A DNA stretch of 64,000 bases from Bacilli bacterium (GTDB lineage Bacteria > Bacillota_I > Bacilli_A > RFN20 > DUOF01). Of the stretch, positions 20,066 to 30,671 are shown in pieces. Within the stretch, counting starts at the first letter, position 1. The number at the start of each line of letters is the position of its first letter. The notes under the pieces were generated by a model that worked only from the letters and a program-made list of their open reading frames with translations, was not told the DNA's origin and searched no databases. A program made the translations under genes and the position numbers. Location: contig JAFWYE010000010.1 of the NCBI GenBank assembly GCA_017517765.1, positions 2,432-66,431 on the forward strand, in the 5' to 3' direction.

Positions 20066-20126
20066 TTTCTAGTATTTATTAAAAATATTATTGTATAATT
20101 TTATTGTGACTTAGGGGGAATTAACG

Positions 20127-20378
20127 ATGGATAAGAAAGTAATTCAAGAAGAAATAGATGTATGTAACAGTATCCTTGCAAAGTTTAAAGATGAAATGGC
20201 TGATTGCAAGGCAGATTATGATAAATTAAAAGAGTTAGAACCAATTGATGGAAATAACCCTAATTTTAAGAAGGCTTTTATTGCAGTTAAGGAAAGACAT
20301 GATGATATTGCGCTAAGTGTAAAATTAATTAGAAATAGACTTGATAAATTAGCTGAAGATTTAAAGAATGCTGAATAG
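20127..20378 (+). CDS. Hypothetical small helical protein (83 aa)
   Basis: RBS AGGGGGA upstream. The stop lies 3 nt before the next gene. Confidence 0.45.
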   Translation: MDKKVIQEEIDVCNSILAKFKDEMADCKADYDKLKELEPIDGNNPNFKKAFIAVKERHDDIALSVKLIRNRLDKLAEDLKNAE

Positions 20379-20381
20379 TTT

Positions 20382-21446
20382 ATGAATGTCATTGATTTTA
20401 TAAAAATTAATGGTCATAAAAGTTTTTCTGTATTACCTTTTAGTGAGATTGATGCTCTTGCTTTAGCTCAACTCTCATACATGAATTATAATGAATTAAT
20501 TACTAGTTTTGATGACGTTATAGATGGAAGTAATCTAGATGCCTACGAAACTAGTATTTTATTATCCTCTAGAAATATGGGTGATACAAAAAATGATGAA
20601 AAATTAGTAAAGGAAATATTGTCTTCAAAAAGATATCAAGACCTAAAATTTGCACATTACATAAACGATCATAGTGAGAAACAATTCTGCGCAATAACAT
20701 TTATTTTTAAAGATTTTATTTGTGTTTCCTATATGGGAACAGATGATACAATTGTCGGTTGGAAGGAAGATTTTGCTCTGTCTTATTTACCTGAAATAGC
20801 TAGCCACAAAGAAGGACTTTCCTACCTTGAAAAGATAGCTTGTAAGTATGATTTACCGATAGTATTAACAGGGCATTCTAAAGGTGGCAATGTTGCGATT
20901 TATTCATATCTTAATTCAAGTGAAAATATAAAGAAGAGAATTACTAAAGTGTATACCTATGATGCACCGGGATTCAATAAAGAAACCATTGATAAAATTA
21001 TTGATGATACACTAATTGATTCTTATATACCTGAATCATCTTTTATTGGACTTATAATGCATCAAGTAAAGGATTGTAAGATTGTTGCCTCTAATAAACC
21101 ATTCATGTTTCAACATAATATTTATAATTGGTTATTAGATGAAAACGGATTTTTATATGAAGAAAAACTTGCCAAAAAATCTGTTGCCTTTGCAGAATCT
21201 AATAAGGCTTGGATTGATAGTTTTACTAATGAAGAAAGACAAGTTTTTTTTGAAACTGTCTTTGATTTATTTGAAAATAATGACATAGATTCTTTTTTAG
21301 AATTAAAAAAGAACTCTAAAGAGAAGATTACTAAAATAATAGATAGTAGTGCCAAGATAAGTAAAGAGCACAAAGAACTAATGAAATCAATTATAAAAAG
21401 TTTGATTTCCTTGTATTTGAAGATACTATTTGATAGAAAAAACTAA
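20382..21446 (+). CDS. DUF2974 (Mbeg1-like) alpha/beta-hydrolase family protein
   Basis: Nucleophile elbow LTGHSKGGNVA in the family-typical context. Confidence 0.6.
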   Translation: MNVIDFIKINGHKSFSVLPFSEIDALALAQLSYMNYNELITSFDDVIDGSNLDAYETSILLSSRNMGDTKNDEKLVKEILSSKRYQDLKFAHYINDHSEKQFCAITFIFKDFICVSYMGTDDTIVGWKEDFALSYLPEIASHKEGLSYLEKIACKYDLPIVLTGHSKGGNVAIYSYLNSSENIKKRITKVYTYDAPGFNKETIDKIIDDTLIDSYIPESSFIGLIMHQVKDCKIVASNKPFMFQHNIYNWLLDENGFLYEEKLAKKSVAFAESNKAWIDSFTNEERQVFFETVFDLFENNDIDSFLELKKNSKEKITKIIDSSAKISKEHKELMKSIIKSLISLYLKILFDRKN

Positions 21447-21489
21447 TAATTAGTGATATAATGTAAAAGTTTTAAGGGAGTGTGTTAAA

Positions 21490-23208
21490 GTGAAAGCGTC
21501 AAAAATGTTAATTTCAACACTAAAAGAAGCACCAAACGAGGCTATTATTGATAGCCATATTTTATTGTTGCGTGCTGGTATGGTTAGAAAACTTGTTTCT
21601 GGAGTATATAACTACATGCCCATGGGAAAAAGAGTACTTAATAAAATTCAAGAAGTAATAAGAAAACATATGGATGAAGCAGGAGCTTTGGAAATACTAT
21701 GTAGCGCTGTTCAACCTAAAGAGTTATGGGAAGAAAGTGGAAGATGGTATAAATATGGTCCTGAACTTATGAGATTTAAGGATAGACATGATCGTGATTT
21801 TTGCTTAGGTCCTACTCATGAAGAAATTTTTACAGACATTATAAAAAATGAGGTTAAGTCATATAAAAATTTACCTTTAAATATTTATCAAATTCAAACT
21901 AAATATAGAGATGAAATGAGGCCAAGATTTGGACTTATAAGAAGTAGGGAATTCTTAATGAAAGATGCATATAGTTTTGATGTAGATGAAGAAGGACTAG
22001 ATAAGTCATATGAGTTAATGAAAGAGACTTATAAAAAGATTTTTGATGAACTTCATTTACATTATCAAATAGTATTAGCAGATACTGGTGCTATTGGGGG
22101 AAATGGTTCACATCAATTTATGGCCTTAAGTGATGTTGGAGAAGGAAACATTGTATATTGTGATAGTTGTGGCTATGCTGCAGATGAAGAAAAAGCAGAG
22201 TCTAAAATGGAACCATATAATACTGATGTTGTTGTTCAAGATTTGGATGAGGTACATACACCTAATGCAAGAACTATTGAAGAAGTTTCTAGTTTCTTAA
22301 ACATTAGTGAAAAAGACTTAGCTAAATGTCTTATTTATTATGCTAGAGATAAGTATGTTTGTGTTCTTATAAGAGGAGATAGAGATGTTAATGAAATCAA
22401 ATTAGGCCATGCATTAGACGTTGCTGAGTTTGAACTTAGACTAGCTAGTGATAGAGAAATTGAAGAATTAGGTTTAGTAAAAGGATTTATGGGTCCTAGG
22501 GGAATGCCTTTAGAGATTATCATGGATCTTGAAATAGCTGAGCAAAAGAATTTTGTTACAGGTGCTAATAAGGCAGATTATCATTTAATTAATGCTAATT
22601 TAGATAGAGATTTTAAGGTTAATAAAATTGCAGATATTAGACTTGCTAAAGATGGAGATATATGCGCAATTTGTGGTAAGCCAATGAAAGGTGAAAAAGG
22701 TACTGAAGTTGGCCAAATCTTTAAATTACAAGACAAATATAGTAGTTCTATGAATTGTACTTATTTAGATGAAAATGGAGTTAATAAACCAATGATTATG
22801 GGCTGTTATGGTATTGGGGTTAGTAGAACTCTTCAAAGTATTATTGATCAATATCATGATGAATATGGTATTAAATGGCCAGTTAATGTTGCTCCATATC
22901 ATTTGGTTGTAGTTCCTGTTAACTATAAAGATGAAGAAATGAAAAAACTAAGTGATGAAATCTATAATGAATATAAAAAATTAGATAACGAAGTAATTTT
23001 AGATGATAGAGACTATAAACCTGGATTTAAGTTTAAAGACTGGGATTTGATTGGTATACCATATATGATTATCGTTGGTAGAAGAGCAAATGAAGGTATA
23101 GTTGAAGTAAAAGATAGGTATACTAATGAAAAAGTAGAAATGTATGCTAATGATGCAATTGAAATGGTAAATAGGATGATTAAGTATCAATTAGGGGAGG
23201 AAATGTAA
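21490..23208 (+). CDS. proS: Proline--tRNA ligase (bacterial type with INS editing domain)
   Basis: 572 aa. The N-terminal region is typical of bacterial ProRS, and class II motifs include FRDE-like YRDEMRPRFGLIRSREFLMKDAYSF. Confidence 0.95.
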   Translation: MKASKMLISTLKEAPNEAIIDSHILLLRAGMVRKLVSGVYNYMPMGKRVLNKIQEVIRKHMDEAGALEILCSAVQPKELWEESGRWYKYGPELMRFKDRHDRDFCLGPTHEEIFTDIIKNEVKSYKNLPLNIYQIQTKYRDEMRPRFGLIRSREFLMKDAYSFDVDEEGLDKSYELMKETYKKIFDELHLHYQIVLADTGAIGGNGSHQFMALSDVGEGNIVYCDSCGYAADEEKAESKMEPYNTDVVVQDLDEVHTPNARTIEEVSSFLNISEKDLAKCLIYYARDKYVCVLIRGDRDVNEIKLGHALDVAEFELRLASDREIEELGLVKGFMGPRGMPLEIIMDLEIAEQKNFVTGANKADYHLINANLDRDFKVNKIADIRLAKDGDICAICGKPMKGEKGTEVGQIFKLQDKYSSSMNCTYLDENGVNKPMIMGCYGIGVSRTLQSIIDQYHDEYGIKWPVNVAPYHLVVVPVNYKDEEMKKLSDEIYNEYKKLDNEVILDDRDYKPGFKFKDWDLIGIPYMIIVGRRANEGIVEVKDRYTNEKVEMYANDAIEMVNRMIKYQLGEEM

Positions 23209-24806
23209 TGGCAAAGAAATTTTATATAACTACTCCAATATATTATCCAAGTGGTAATTTTCATATTGGTAATGCTTATACTACAGTTATTGCTGATTGT
23301 ATTAAAAGATATAAACAAAATAGAGGCTATGATGTATTCTTTTTAACTGGTACAGATGAGCATGGTGAAAAGATTGCCACTAAAGCTAGTGAAGTAAATA
23401 AAACACCTCAAGAATATGTAGATGATATTGTTTCTAGAGCTAAAAAATTATGGGCTGAACTTGGCATTAATTATGATGATTTCATTAGAACTACTGACGA
23501 AAGACATGTTAAGGTTGCTCAAGATGTATTTTCTAAATTTTTGGCTCAAGATGATATTTATAAAAGTAGCTACAAAGGGTTATATTGTAGGTCATGTGAA
23601 GCTTATTGGACTCCTACACAAGTTGGAGAAAATAATGAATGTCCTGATTGTGGTAAGGTAACAGAAGTTAAAGAAGAAGAAGCATATTTCTTTAGAATGA
23701 ATAAGTATGCTCCTTGGCTTATTAATTATTACAAAGAACACCCTGATTTTGTAGTGCCTCATGCTAGAATTAATGAAATGCTAAATAACTTCTTATTGCC
23801 TGGTTTAAATGATTTGTGTGTATCTAGAACTAGCATTGATTGGGGAATTGAAGTAAAAGAAGATCCAAAACATGTTATTTATGTTTGGATTGATGCTTTA
23901 ACTAACTATATTAGTGCATTAGGTTATAATAGTGATGATGATTCTAGATTTAAGAAATATTGGGAAGATGAAGATTGTGAAGTTGTTCATCTTATGAGTA
24001 AGGAAATTATTAGGTTCCATACTATTTATTGGCCAATTATGCTTAAACAATTAGGATTAAGATTACCATCAAAAATCTATTCTCATGGATGGGTTTTAAT
24101 GAAGGGCGGTAAGATGTCTAAGAGTGTAGGTAATGTGGTGTATCCAGGATATTTAATTAATAAATATGGAGTTGATACATTAAGATATTACATGACTAAG
24201 ATAGTTCCATTTGGACAAGACGGTACATTTACTCCAGAAATGTTTATTGAAAATATTAATACTGATTTAGTGAATAATATTGGAAATTTATTATCTAGAA
24301 CAGTAGCAATGATTATTAAGTATTTTGATGGAGTTGTTCCTAGTATTGATGAATCTTGTATAAATGAATATGACACTAAGTTAACTAGTGCTATAAACAA
24401 TCTAGTAGACAAGTTTGAATCTAATATGGATGAGATGAAGTTGACTGAAGGTATTACTAATATCTTTGAAATTGGAGATTACGCTAATAAATATATTGAT
24501 GAAAAAACTCCTTGGATTTTAGCAAAAGATGAATCTAGAAGAGGAGAACTTGCTAATTGTATGAACTTGCTTGCAGAAGCATTAAGAAAGATTGCAATTA
24601 TGTTTACTAGTTTCTTTGTAGAAACTCCTGAAAAGATGTTTGCTCAACTTGGTACAAAAGAAGAAAATAAAGCTTATTCTACATTAAGGGAAAATTTAAG
24701 TGCTGGATGTAATGTGAGTAAACTTGAACCTTTATTTACTAGATTAGATGTAAATGTTGAAGCTGAATATATTGATAATAAAATGAAAGAAGGATTACCT
24801 TATTAA
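23208..24806 (+). CDS. metG: Methionine--tRNA ligase (short form, no C-terminal tRNA-binding appendix)
   Basis: HIGN (HIGH) motif, KMSKS, and a CxxC...CPDC zinc knuckle. Confidence 0.95.
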   Translation: MAKKFYITTPIYYPSGNFHIGNAYTTVIADCIKRYKQNRGYDVFFLTGTDEHGEKIATKASEVNKTPQEYVDDIVSRAKKLWAELGINYDDFIRTTDERHVKVAQDVFSKFLAQDDIYKSSYKGLYCRSCEAYWTPTQVGENNECPDCGKVTEVKEEEAYFFRMNKYAPWLINYYKEHPDFVVPHARINEMLNNFLLPGLNDLCVSRTSIDWGIEVKEDPKHVIYVWIDALTNYISALGYNSDDDSRFKKYWEDEDCEVVHLMSKEIIRFHTIYWPIMLKQLGLRLPSKIYSHGWVLMKGGKMSKSVGNVVYPGYLINKYGVDTLRYYMTKIVPFGQDGTFTPEMFIENINTDLVNNIGNLLSRTVAMIIKYFDGVVPSIDESCINEYDTKLTSAINNLVDKFESNMDEMKLTEGITNIFEIGDYANKYIDEKTPWILAKDESRRGELANCMNLLAEALRKIAIMFTSFFVETPEKMFAQLGTKEENKAYSTLRENLSAGCNVSKLEPLFTRLDVNVEAEYIDNKMKEGLPY

Positions 24807-24832
24807 GGGATAGCTAAGGCTATCCTTTTTTG
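24805..24832 (+). terminator. Rho-independent terminator after metG
   Basis: Stem aagggatagc / gctatcctt with a T-run. Confidence 0.75.
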
Positions 24833-24882
24833 TTGTTCTAAAAAATGTTGTATTTGAATATATACAATTAGGGGGAATAATA

Positions 24883-25383
24883 ATGAAGGCTAAAAAAATA
24901 ATTTCTTTTTGTTCTATGTTTAGTTTGGTATTAATTTTATCTGTATATTATGTTTTATCACCAATTGGAGTAACTGATCAAAGTGTTTCTAATATTGAAA
25001 ATAACGAAGGAGTTAATGTTGAAATTGTGGATGGGGAGAGTGCTTATTTTAAAAATTTAGATGTTTTAAAAGAAAGTGCTTACCTAGAGGAGATTAAGGC
25101 TCTTGATGCAATTGTGGCAAGCAAAGATGCAACAAGCGAAGAGAAAGTGGCGGCACTTGAAGCAAAAAATAATAAAGCTAAATTAAAAGAAAGTGAGAAG
25201 TCTTTAACTAAGGTTATAAAAGATAAAGGATATGAAAATGCTTATGTAGAGTATGAAAACAATACAATTAATATTCTTGTTTCTAAAAAAGATGCTACAA
25301 GTAGTGATGCGCAATTAGTTATAGAATCTATATATCCACTTATTGATATAAATAAGACACCTATTGTAACTTTTAAAGGGTAA
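24883..25383 (+). CDS. SpoIIIAH-like protein
   Basis: N-terminal TM segment. YFKNLDVLKES...EEKVAALEAKN...KDKGYENAYVEYENNTINILV...PIVTFK follows the SpoIIIAH family layout. Confidence 0.5.
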   Translation: MKAKKIISFCSMFSLVLILSVYYVLSPIGVTDQSVSNIENNEGVNVEIVDGESAYFKNLDVLKESAYLEEIKALDAIVASKDATSEEKVAALEAKNNKAKLKESEKSLTKVIKDKGYENAYVEYENNTINILVSKKDATSSDAQLVIESIYPLIDINKTPIVTFKG

Positions 25384-25406
25384 TAATGTAAATTTGACTA
25401 CTTTTG

Positions 25407-25435
25407 TTGCAAGATTGATAGTCTTTTAATATAAT
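25407..25435 (+). promoter_or_regulatory. Candidate sigma-A promoter
   Basis: TTGCAA, 17 nt, TATAAT. Confidence 0.4.
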
Positions 25436-25459
25436 TAAACCTGAAGGTAGGGATATATT

Positions 25460-25777
25460 ATGGCACAAGCAGATTATCATTATATTGAAAACTATTCTAA
25501 TGTAGGAAAAATTGGTATTTCTTATACAGCAATGGGAGAAATGCTAAAAGAAAATATTAAAGACATTGAACATGTAACAATTTCTAAAGGTATTACTTTT
25601 GAAGTTGGTAAAGATAAAGTTTTAAATGTTAATATTGGATTAAAAGTTGATTATGGGACAAATATTAATGATGTTAGTGAACTAATTCAAGAAAGAATTT
25701 GTACTGCATTAGCTAATATGTGTGAGATTACAAACGTTAAAACAAATATTAAATTAGAAGGGATAATAGTGAAATAA
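25460..25777 (+). CDS. Asp23/Gls24-family envelope stress protein
   Basis: 105 aa. The pattern and its position upstream of nusB match other Bacillota. Confidence 0.7.
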   Translation: MAQADYHYIENYSNVGKIGISYTAMGEMLKENIKDIEHVTISKGITFEVGKDKVLNVNIGLKVDYGTNINDVSELIQERICTALANMCEITNVKTNIKLEGIIVK

Positions 25778-25799
25778 TAACTCATTTGAGTTATTTTTT
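25776..25799 (+). terminator. Hairpin plus T-run (terminator or attenuator)
   Basis: aataactca / tgagttatt followed by ttttt. Confidence 0.5.
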
Positions 25800-25812
25800 A
25801 CTTGGATAAAAA

Positions 25813-26865
25813 ATGAAAAGACTAGATAAATTAAGAGGTTTTTTATTAGGAAATAATGCAGATGGAATTATTGTGAGTAGTTATCCAAATATCTTTTATT
25901 TTAGTGAATTTACTAGTGAAAATGCGCTTCTTTACATAACTAGAGAAAAAGCATATTTGATTACAGATTCTAGATATACAATACAAGCAAAAAAAGAGGC
26001 AAAAGGATATGATGTTATAGTCTTTAAAAATGGATTTTTAAAAGAATTAGAAAAACTTATTATTAAAGGAAGTAATATTCTTTTTGAAGAATCTATGACT
26101 TATGCTAGATATAATGCCTATTCTAGTAATTTAGAGTGTAATTTGGTCGCCACAAATATTGATTCATTAAGAAATATAAAAGATGAAAAAGAGATTAAAA
26201 ATATTAAAAAAGCATGTGATATTGCTAGTAAAACATATGATCATATAATAAATTTTGTTAAACCTGGAATGAAAGAAAAAGAAGTTGCAAATGAAATGAT
26301 TCATTATATGAAAAGTTTAGGTGCTAGTAAAGAGTCTTTTGAAACAATAGTGGCTAGTGGTAAAAGAGGAGCAATGCCTCATGGGACTGCCTCTAATAAA
26401 GTGATTAGAGATGGAGATTTTGTGACACTTGACTATGGTTGTATATATAATGGGTATTGTAGCGATATAACTAGAAGCTTTTTAGTTGGTAATGACAATA
26501 AAGAAATGATTAAAATATATAATATTGTAAAAAAAGCTCAAGAGTTAGCTGTTAAATCGGTTAAAGCAGGAGTTAGGGCTAGTGAAGTTGATAAAGTTGC
26601 TAGAGATTATATTACAAGTAAGGGATATGGAAAATATTTTACTCATTCAACTGGGCATGGACTAGGAATAGAGGTGCATGATCCTATATCAGTTTCTTCT
26701 AGAAGTGATATGGTTTTAGAAGAAAATATGATTATTACAATTGAACCAGGTATTTATATTAAAAATCTTGGTGGTATAAGAATAGAAGATGATGTTTTAG
26801 TTACTAAAGACGGCTATAAAATATTAACTAAAGCGAGTAAGAAACTTATAAAAATAACTGAATAG
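25813..26865 (+). CDS. M24-family Xaa-Pro aminopeptidase
   Basis: Metal ligands in DYGCIYNGYCSDITR, HSTGHGLGIEVHD and EPGIY...GGIRIED. Confidence 0.85.
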   Translation: MKRLDKLRGFLLGNNADGIIVSSYPNIFYFSEFTSENALLYITREKAYLITDSRYTIQAKKEAKGYDVIVFKNGFLKELEKLIIKGSNILFEESMTYARYNAYSSNLECNLVATNIDSLRNIKDEKEIKNIKKACDIASKTYDHIINFVKPGMKEKEVANEMIHYMKSLGASKESFETIVASGKRGAMPHGTASNKVIRDGDFVTLDYGCIYNGYCSDITRSFLVGNDNKEMIKIYNIVKKAQELAVKSVKAGVRASEVDKVARDYITSKGYGKYFTHSTGHGLGIEVHDPISVSSRSDMVLEENMIITIEPGIYIKNLGGIRIEDDVLVTKDGYKILTKASKKLIKITE

Positions 26866-26890
26866 GTATGTATAACATACCTTTTTTTTC
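26864..26890 (+). terminator. Rho-independent terminator
   Basis: Stem aggtatgt / acatacct, T-run. Confidence 0.75.
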
Positions 26891-26960
26891 ATTTAGATGA
26901 TTTTATAGTTTATTTAAATATTATTTTGTGATAGAATTTCTAAGGATTGAGGTGAGAATT

Positions 26961-27365
26961 ATGGCTACTAGTAGAAGTAAATTACAAGAATTATCAGTAT
27001 TTGCCATATACCAATACTTATTTTATTATGAATATGAACAAAGACCTGGATTAAAAGAAATAATCGAAGGTGTTTTTGGTTGCCCTAGTAAAGAATGTGA
27101 TGAATTTGCTAAGGAATTAATAAAGGCTGCAATTAAGAATGCTGATTCTAGTATTAAAGAAATCAGTGTTTATTTAAATAATTGGCAATTTGAAAGATTA
27201 AATTATGTTGAGCAAGCTATACTTTTATCTGCTTATACTCAAAATAAATATCTTAATCAACCTAAGCAAATTGCAATTAATGTTGCAGTAGATTTGGCTA
27301 AAAAATACGGTGATGAGAATTCATATAAATTTATAAATGGAGTATTAGATAACTGCTTATGCTAA
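26961..27365 (+). CDS. nusB: Transcription antitermination factor NusB
   Basis: MATSRSKLQE...W.FERLNYVEQAILLSAY...INVAVDLAKKYGDENSYKFINGVLD. The ATG at 26961 follows the RBS GAGGTGA. Confidence 0.8.
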   Translation: MATSRSKLQELSVFAIYQYLFYYEYEQRPGLKEIIEGVFGCPSKECDEFAKELIKAAIKNADSSIKEISVYLNNWQFERLNYVEQAILLSAYTQNKYLNQPKQIAINVAVDLAKKYGDENSYKFINGVLDNCLC

Positions 27366-28642
27366 ATCACAATGTTAATGTCATTAGTGTTAGCCAATTA
27401 AGTTTTTATTTAAAAAATGTTTTAGATAATGATGTTGTTTTAAATAATCTTTTAGTAAAGGGAGAAATAAGCAACTTAAAATATCATCCTAGTGGACACG
27501 TTTACTTTTCGCTTAAAGATCAAGATAGTGTAGTTAAATGTGTCATGTTTTCTAGTTATGCCTCTAAATTGACTGTTACGTTAAAAGAGGGAGAAAAGAT
27601 TATTGTAAATGGAAGTTTAAGCTTATATCCAGCTTCAGGGTCTTATCAAATATATGTAAAAGGATTAGAAAAAGATGGAATAGGTAATTTGTATTTAGAA
27701 TTTGAAAAGCTAAAGAAAGAACTAGAGCAAAAAGGACTATTTTCTCCATTACATAAGAAAAAATTAAAAGAATTCCCTTTTACTATAGGAGTGATTTCAG
27801 GAAAAACAGGTGCTGGCTTAAGAGATATATTAACTATTATTAAAAGAAGATGGCCAATAGCAGAAATTATAGTCTTTCCATGTCTAGTCCAAGGTAATGG
27901 TGCAAGTGAATCTATTATTAGAGCATTAGATGAAGCTAGCAAATTTAACCTTGATTTAACTATCTTGGCTAGAGGTGGGGGTAGTCAAGAGGACTTATGG
28001 TGCTTCAATGATGAAAAATTAGCATATGCAATTTATAATTATAAGACACCTATTATTACAGGAATTGGGCATGAAATAGATTTTACAATAGCAGATTTTG
28101 TAAGTGATTGTAGGGCTCCAACTCCAAGTGGGGCAGCAGAAATGTCAACTCCTGATATTGAAGAGGTCAAAACACTTATAAAAAATTATAATGAAATCAT
28201 AAAGCATAGTTCTAAAAAGCTAGTTATGGATAAGCGAAATATATTACTTGACTATGAATCATATTTAACAAAAGAATATTTTGATAAATTATTAGAAAAC
28301 AAAAGAGAAACACTAAAAGATAGAAAAGAGCAATTAAGAATCAGTTATTTAAACTTTAGTAAGTTTTATAAAGGAGAAATAGTGGATCTTAATAAGACTT
28401 TAAAGGTTGAATATAGTCATTATTTGGCTAATGTAAGAAATATATTAAGCAGTGAAATTAAAATATTAGATAACATATCGCCACTTAAAGTACTTTCTAG
28501 AGGATATAGTTTAGTAAGTGGTGTTGAAGGTGTTATTAACAGTGTAAATAAAGTAAATGTTGATGATGTAGTTAAAATAACTATGTCAGATGGAAAAGTA
28601 TATGCATGTATTACTAGAAAGGATGATAGCAATGGAAAATAA
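27359..28642 (+). CDS. xseA: Exodeoxyribonuclease VII large subunit
   Basis: OB-fold N-terminus (VKGEISNLKYHPSGHVYFSLKD) and ARGGGS.EDLW.FNDE. Confidence 0.9.
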   Translation: MLNHNVNVISVSQLSFYLKNVLDNDVVLNNLLVKGEISNLKYHPSGHVYFSLKDQDSVVKCVMFSSYASKLTVTLKEGEKIIVNGSLSLYPASGSYQIYVKGLEKDGIGNLYLEFEKLKKELEQKGLFSPLHKKKLKEFPFTIGVISGKTGAGLRDILTIIKRRWPIAEIIVFPCLVQGNGASESIIRALDEASKFNLDLTILARGGGSQEDLWCFNDEKLAYAIYNYKTPIITGIGHEIDFTIADFVSDCRAPTPSGAAEMSTPDIEEVKTLIKNYNEIIKHSSKKLVMDKRNILLDYESYLTKEYFDKLLENKRETLKDRKEQLRISYLNFSKFYKGEIVDLNKTLKVEYSHYLANVRNILSSEIKILDNISPLKVLSRGYSLVSGVEGVINSVNKVNVDDVVKITMSDGKVYACITRKDDSNGK

Positions 28643-28847
28643 GACATTTGAAGAAAATTTAGCAAGGCTTAAGGAAGTCGTAAGATTAATTCAAAGTGGT
28701 GAACTTAATTTAGATGAATCTATTGAGGTTTTTAAAGAAGGAATAGAGCTTAGCAAATATTTGGAAGAAAAACTTTCTAGTATTGAAAATAAAGCAATAA
28801 AACTATTTGAAAATAATGAATTAAAAGATTTTAATGGTGAGGAGTAA
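28632..28847 (+). CDS. xseB: Exodeoxyribonuclease VII small subunit
   Basis: [43 protein letters not shown]. This internal ATG overlaps the xseA stop. The longer ORF in the track is an upstream extension. Confidence 0.85.
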   Translation: MENKTFEENLARLKEVVRLIQSGELNLDESIEVFKEGIELSKYLEEKLSSIENKAIKLFENNELKDFNGEE

Positions 28848-28852
28848 TTAGT

Positions 28853-30655
28853 ATGGATAAGTCTAAGATTAGAAACTTCTCTATCATAGCACATATTGAT
28901 CATGGAAAATCTACTTTAGCAGACCGTATCATTGAGTATACTGGTACAGTAAGTAAAAGAGATATGAAAGCACAACTACTTGATAATATGGATATTGAAA
29001 GAGAAAGAGGAATAACAATTAAATTAAATACGGTAGCTTTGACTTATTTAGCGGATGATGGAAATGAGTATACATTTCATTTAATTGATACTCCAGGCCA
29101 TGTTGACTTTGCCTATGAAGTTAGTAGATCACTTGCTGCATGCGAAGGTGCATTATTAGTTGTAGATGCAGCGCAAGGTATTCAAGCTCAAACAATTGCT
29201 AATGTGTATTTAGCCCTTGATAATAACCTTGAGATAGTACCAGTTATAAATAAGATTGATTTACCTGCGGCTAGACCAGATGAAATTAAATTAGAAATAG
29301 AAAATGTTCTTGGCATACCATGTGATGAAGCTCCACTTATTAGTGCGAAAACAGGTCTTAATACAAAAGATGTTTTAGAAGCTATTGTTAAATATGTACC
29401 TGCTCCAACAGGTAGGGATGAAAATCCTTTACAAGCGCTTATTTTTGACTCTTATTATGATGCCTATAGAGGAGCAATTGTTTTTGTAAGGGTAAAAGAA
29501 GGAACAATTAAAGTTGGAGATAAAATTAAAATGATGGCTACAGGACAAGAATATGATGTTCTTGAACTTGGTATTAGAACTCCAGGAGAAGTAAAAAAAG
29601 ATCAATTAGTCGCAGGAGAAGTTGGATGGATTGGTGCATCAATTAAACAAGTTAGAGATGTAAGAGTTGGTGACACAATAACTTCAGCAGCTAACCCATG
29701 TAAAGAACCACTTCCTGGATATAGAGAAATGGAACCGATGGTTTATTGTGGTATTTATCCAATTGATAATGCTAAATATAATGATTTAAAAGAGGCGTTA
29801 GAAAAATTGAAATTAAATGATGACTCTTTAGTGTTTGAACCCGAAACATCTCAAGCTTTAGGATTTGGTTTTAGATGTGGTTTTTTAGGATTGTTGCATA
29901 TGGATGTAACTCAAGAGAGAGTAGAAAGGGAATACAATATTCCTCTTATTGCTACAGCTCCTTCAGTTATTTATCATGTATACCTTCATGATGGTAGTAT
30001 GATAGAAATAGATAACCCTAGTAAGTTACCTGATATGACAAGGATAGAACGTATTGAGGAACCAATTGTTAGAACAACTATTATGACTCCAAATGAATAT
30101 GTAGGTCCTTTAATGGATTTGTGTCAAAAGAAAAGAGGAGTGTATAAAGATTTAATTTATATTGATTCTAATAGAATGGAACTAGTATATGAATTGCCAC
30201 TATCAGAAATTGTTTACGATTTCTTTGATAAATTAAAATCATCTACTAAAGGTTATGCTTCTTTTGACTATGAACTATGTGGTTATAAGGCTAGCAAACT
30301 TGTTAAGATGGATATTTTAATTAATGGTGATACTCTAGATGCTTTATCTGTTATTGTTCATAAAGATAGTGCTTATTATAGAGGAAACTATATCTGTGAA
30401 AAATTAAAAGAATTGATTCCTAGACAACAATTTGAAGTTCCTATTCAAGCGGCTTTAAATGGTAAAGTAATTGCTAGAAGTACAATCAAAGCAATGAGAA
30501 AAGATGTACTTGCTAAATGTTATGGTGGAGATATTTCTAGAAAGAAAAAACTATTGGAAAAACAAAAAGAAGGTAAAAAGAGAATGAAGTCTGTTGGTAG
30601 TGTAGATGTGCCACAAGAGGCATTCATGGCTATTTTATCAGTTGATGATGAATAA
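28853..30655 (+). CDS. lepA: Elongation factor 4
   Basis: [20 protein letters not shown]...DTPGHVDF and the LepA C-terminal domain. Confidence 0.97.
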   Translation: MDKSKIRNFSIIAHIDHGKSTLADRIIEYTGTVSKRDMKAQLLDNMDIERERGITIKLNTVALTYLADDGNEYTFHLIDTPGHVDFAYEVSRSLAACEGALLVVDAAQGIQAQTIANVYLALDNNLEIVPVINKIDLPAARPDEIKLEIENVLGIPCDEAPLISAKTGLNTKDVLEAIVKYVPAPTGRDENPLQALIFDSYYDAYRGAIVFVRVKEGTIKVGDKIKMMATGQEYDVLELGIRTPGEVKKDQLVAGEVGWIGASIKQVRDVRVGDTITSAANPCKEPLPGYREMEPMVYCGIYPIDNAKYNDLKEALEKLKLNDDSLVFEPETSQALGFGFRCGFLGLLHMDVTQERVEREYNIPLIATAPSVIYHVYLHDGSMIEIDNPSKLPDMTRIERIEEPIVRTTIMTPNEYVGPLMDLCQKKRGVYKDLIYIDSNRMELVYELPLSEIVYDFFDKLKSSTKGYASFDYELCGYKASKLVKMDILINGDTLDALSVIVHKDSAYYRGNYICEKLKELIPRQQFEVPIQAALNGKVIARSTIKAMRKDVLAKCYGGDISRKKKLLEKQKEGKKRMKSVGSVDVPQEAFMAILSVDDE

Positions 30656-30671
30656 AAGGAGAGGGTAAAAC

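Noticed and set aside
21447-21489. Expected T-box leaders upstream of proS and metG
   Set aside because: The intergenic space is only 43 nt before proS and zero before metG. That is far too short for a T-box riboswitch, and no specifier or T-box sequence is seen.
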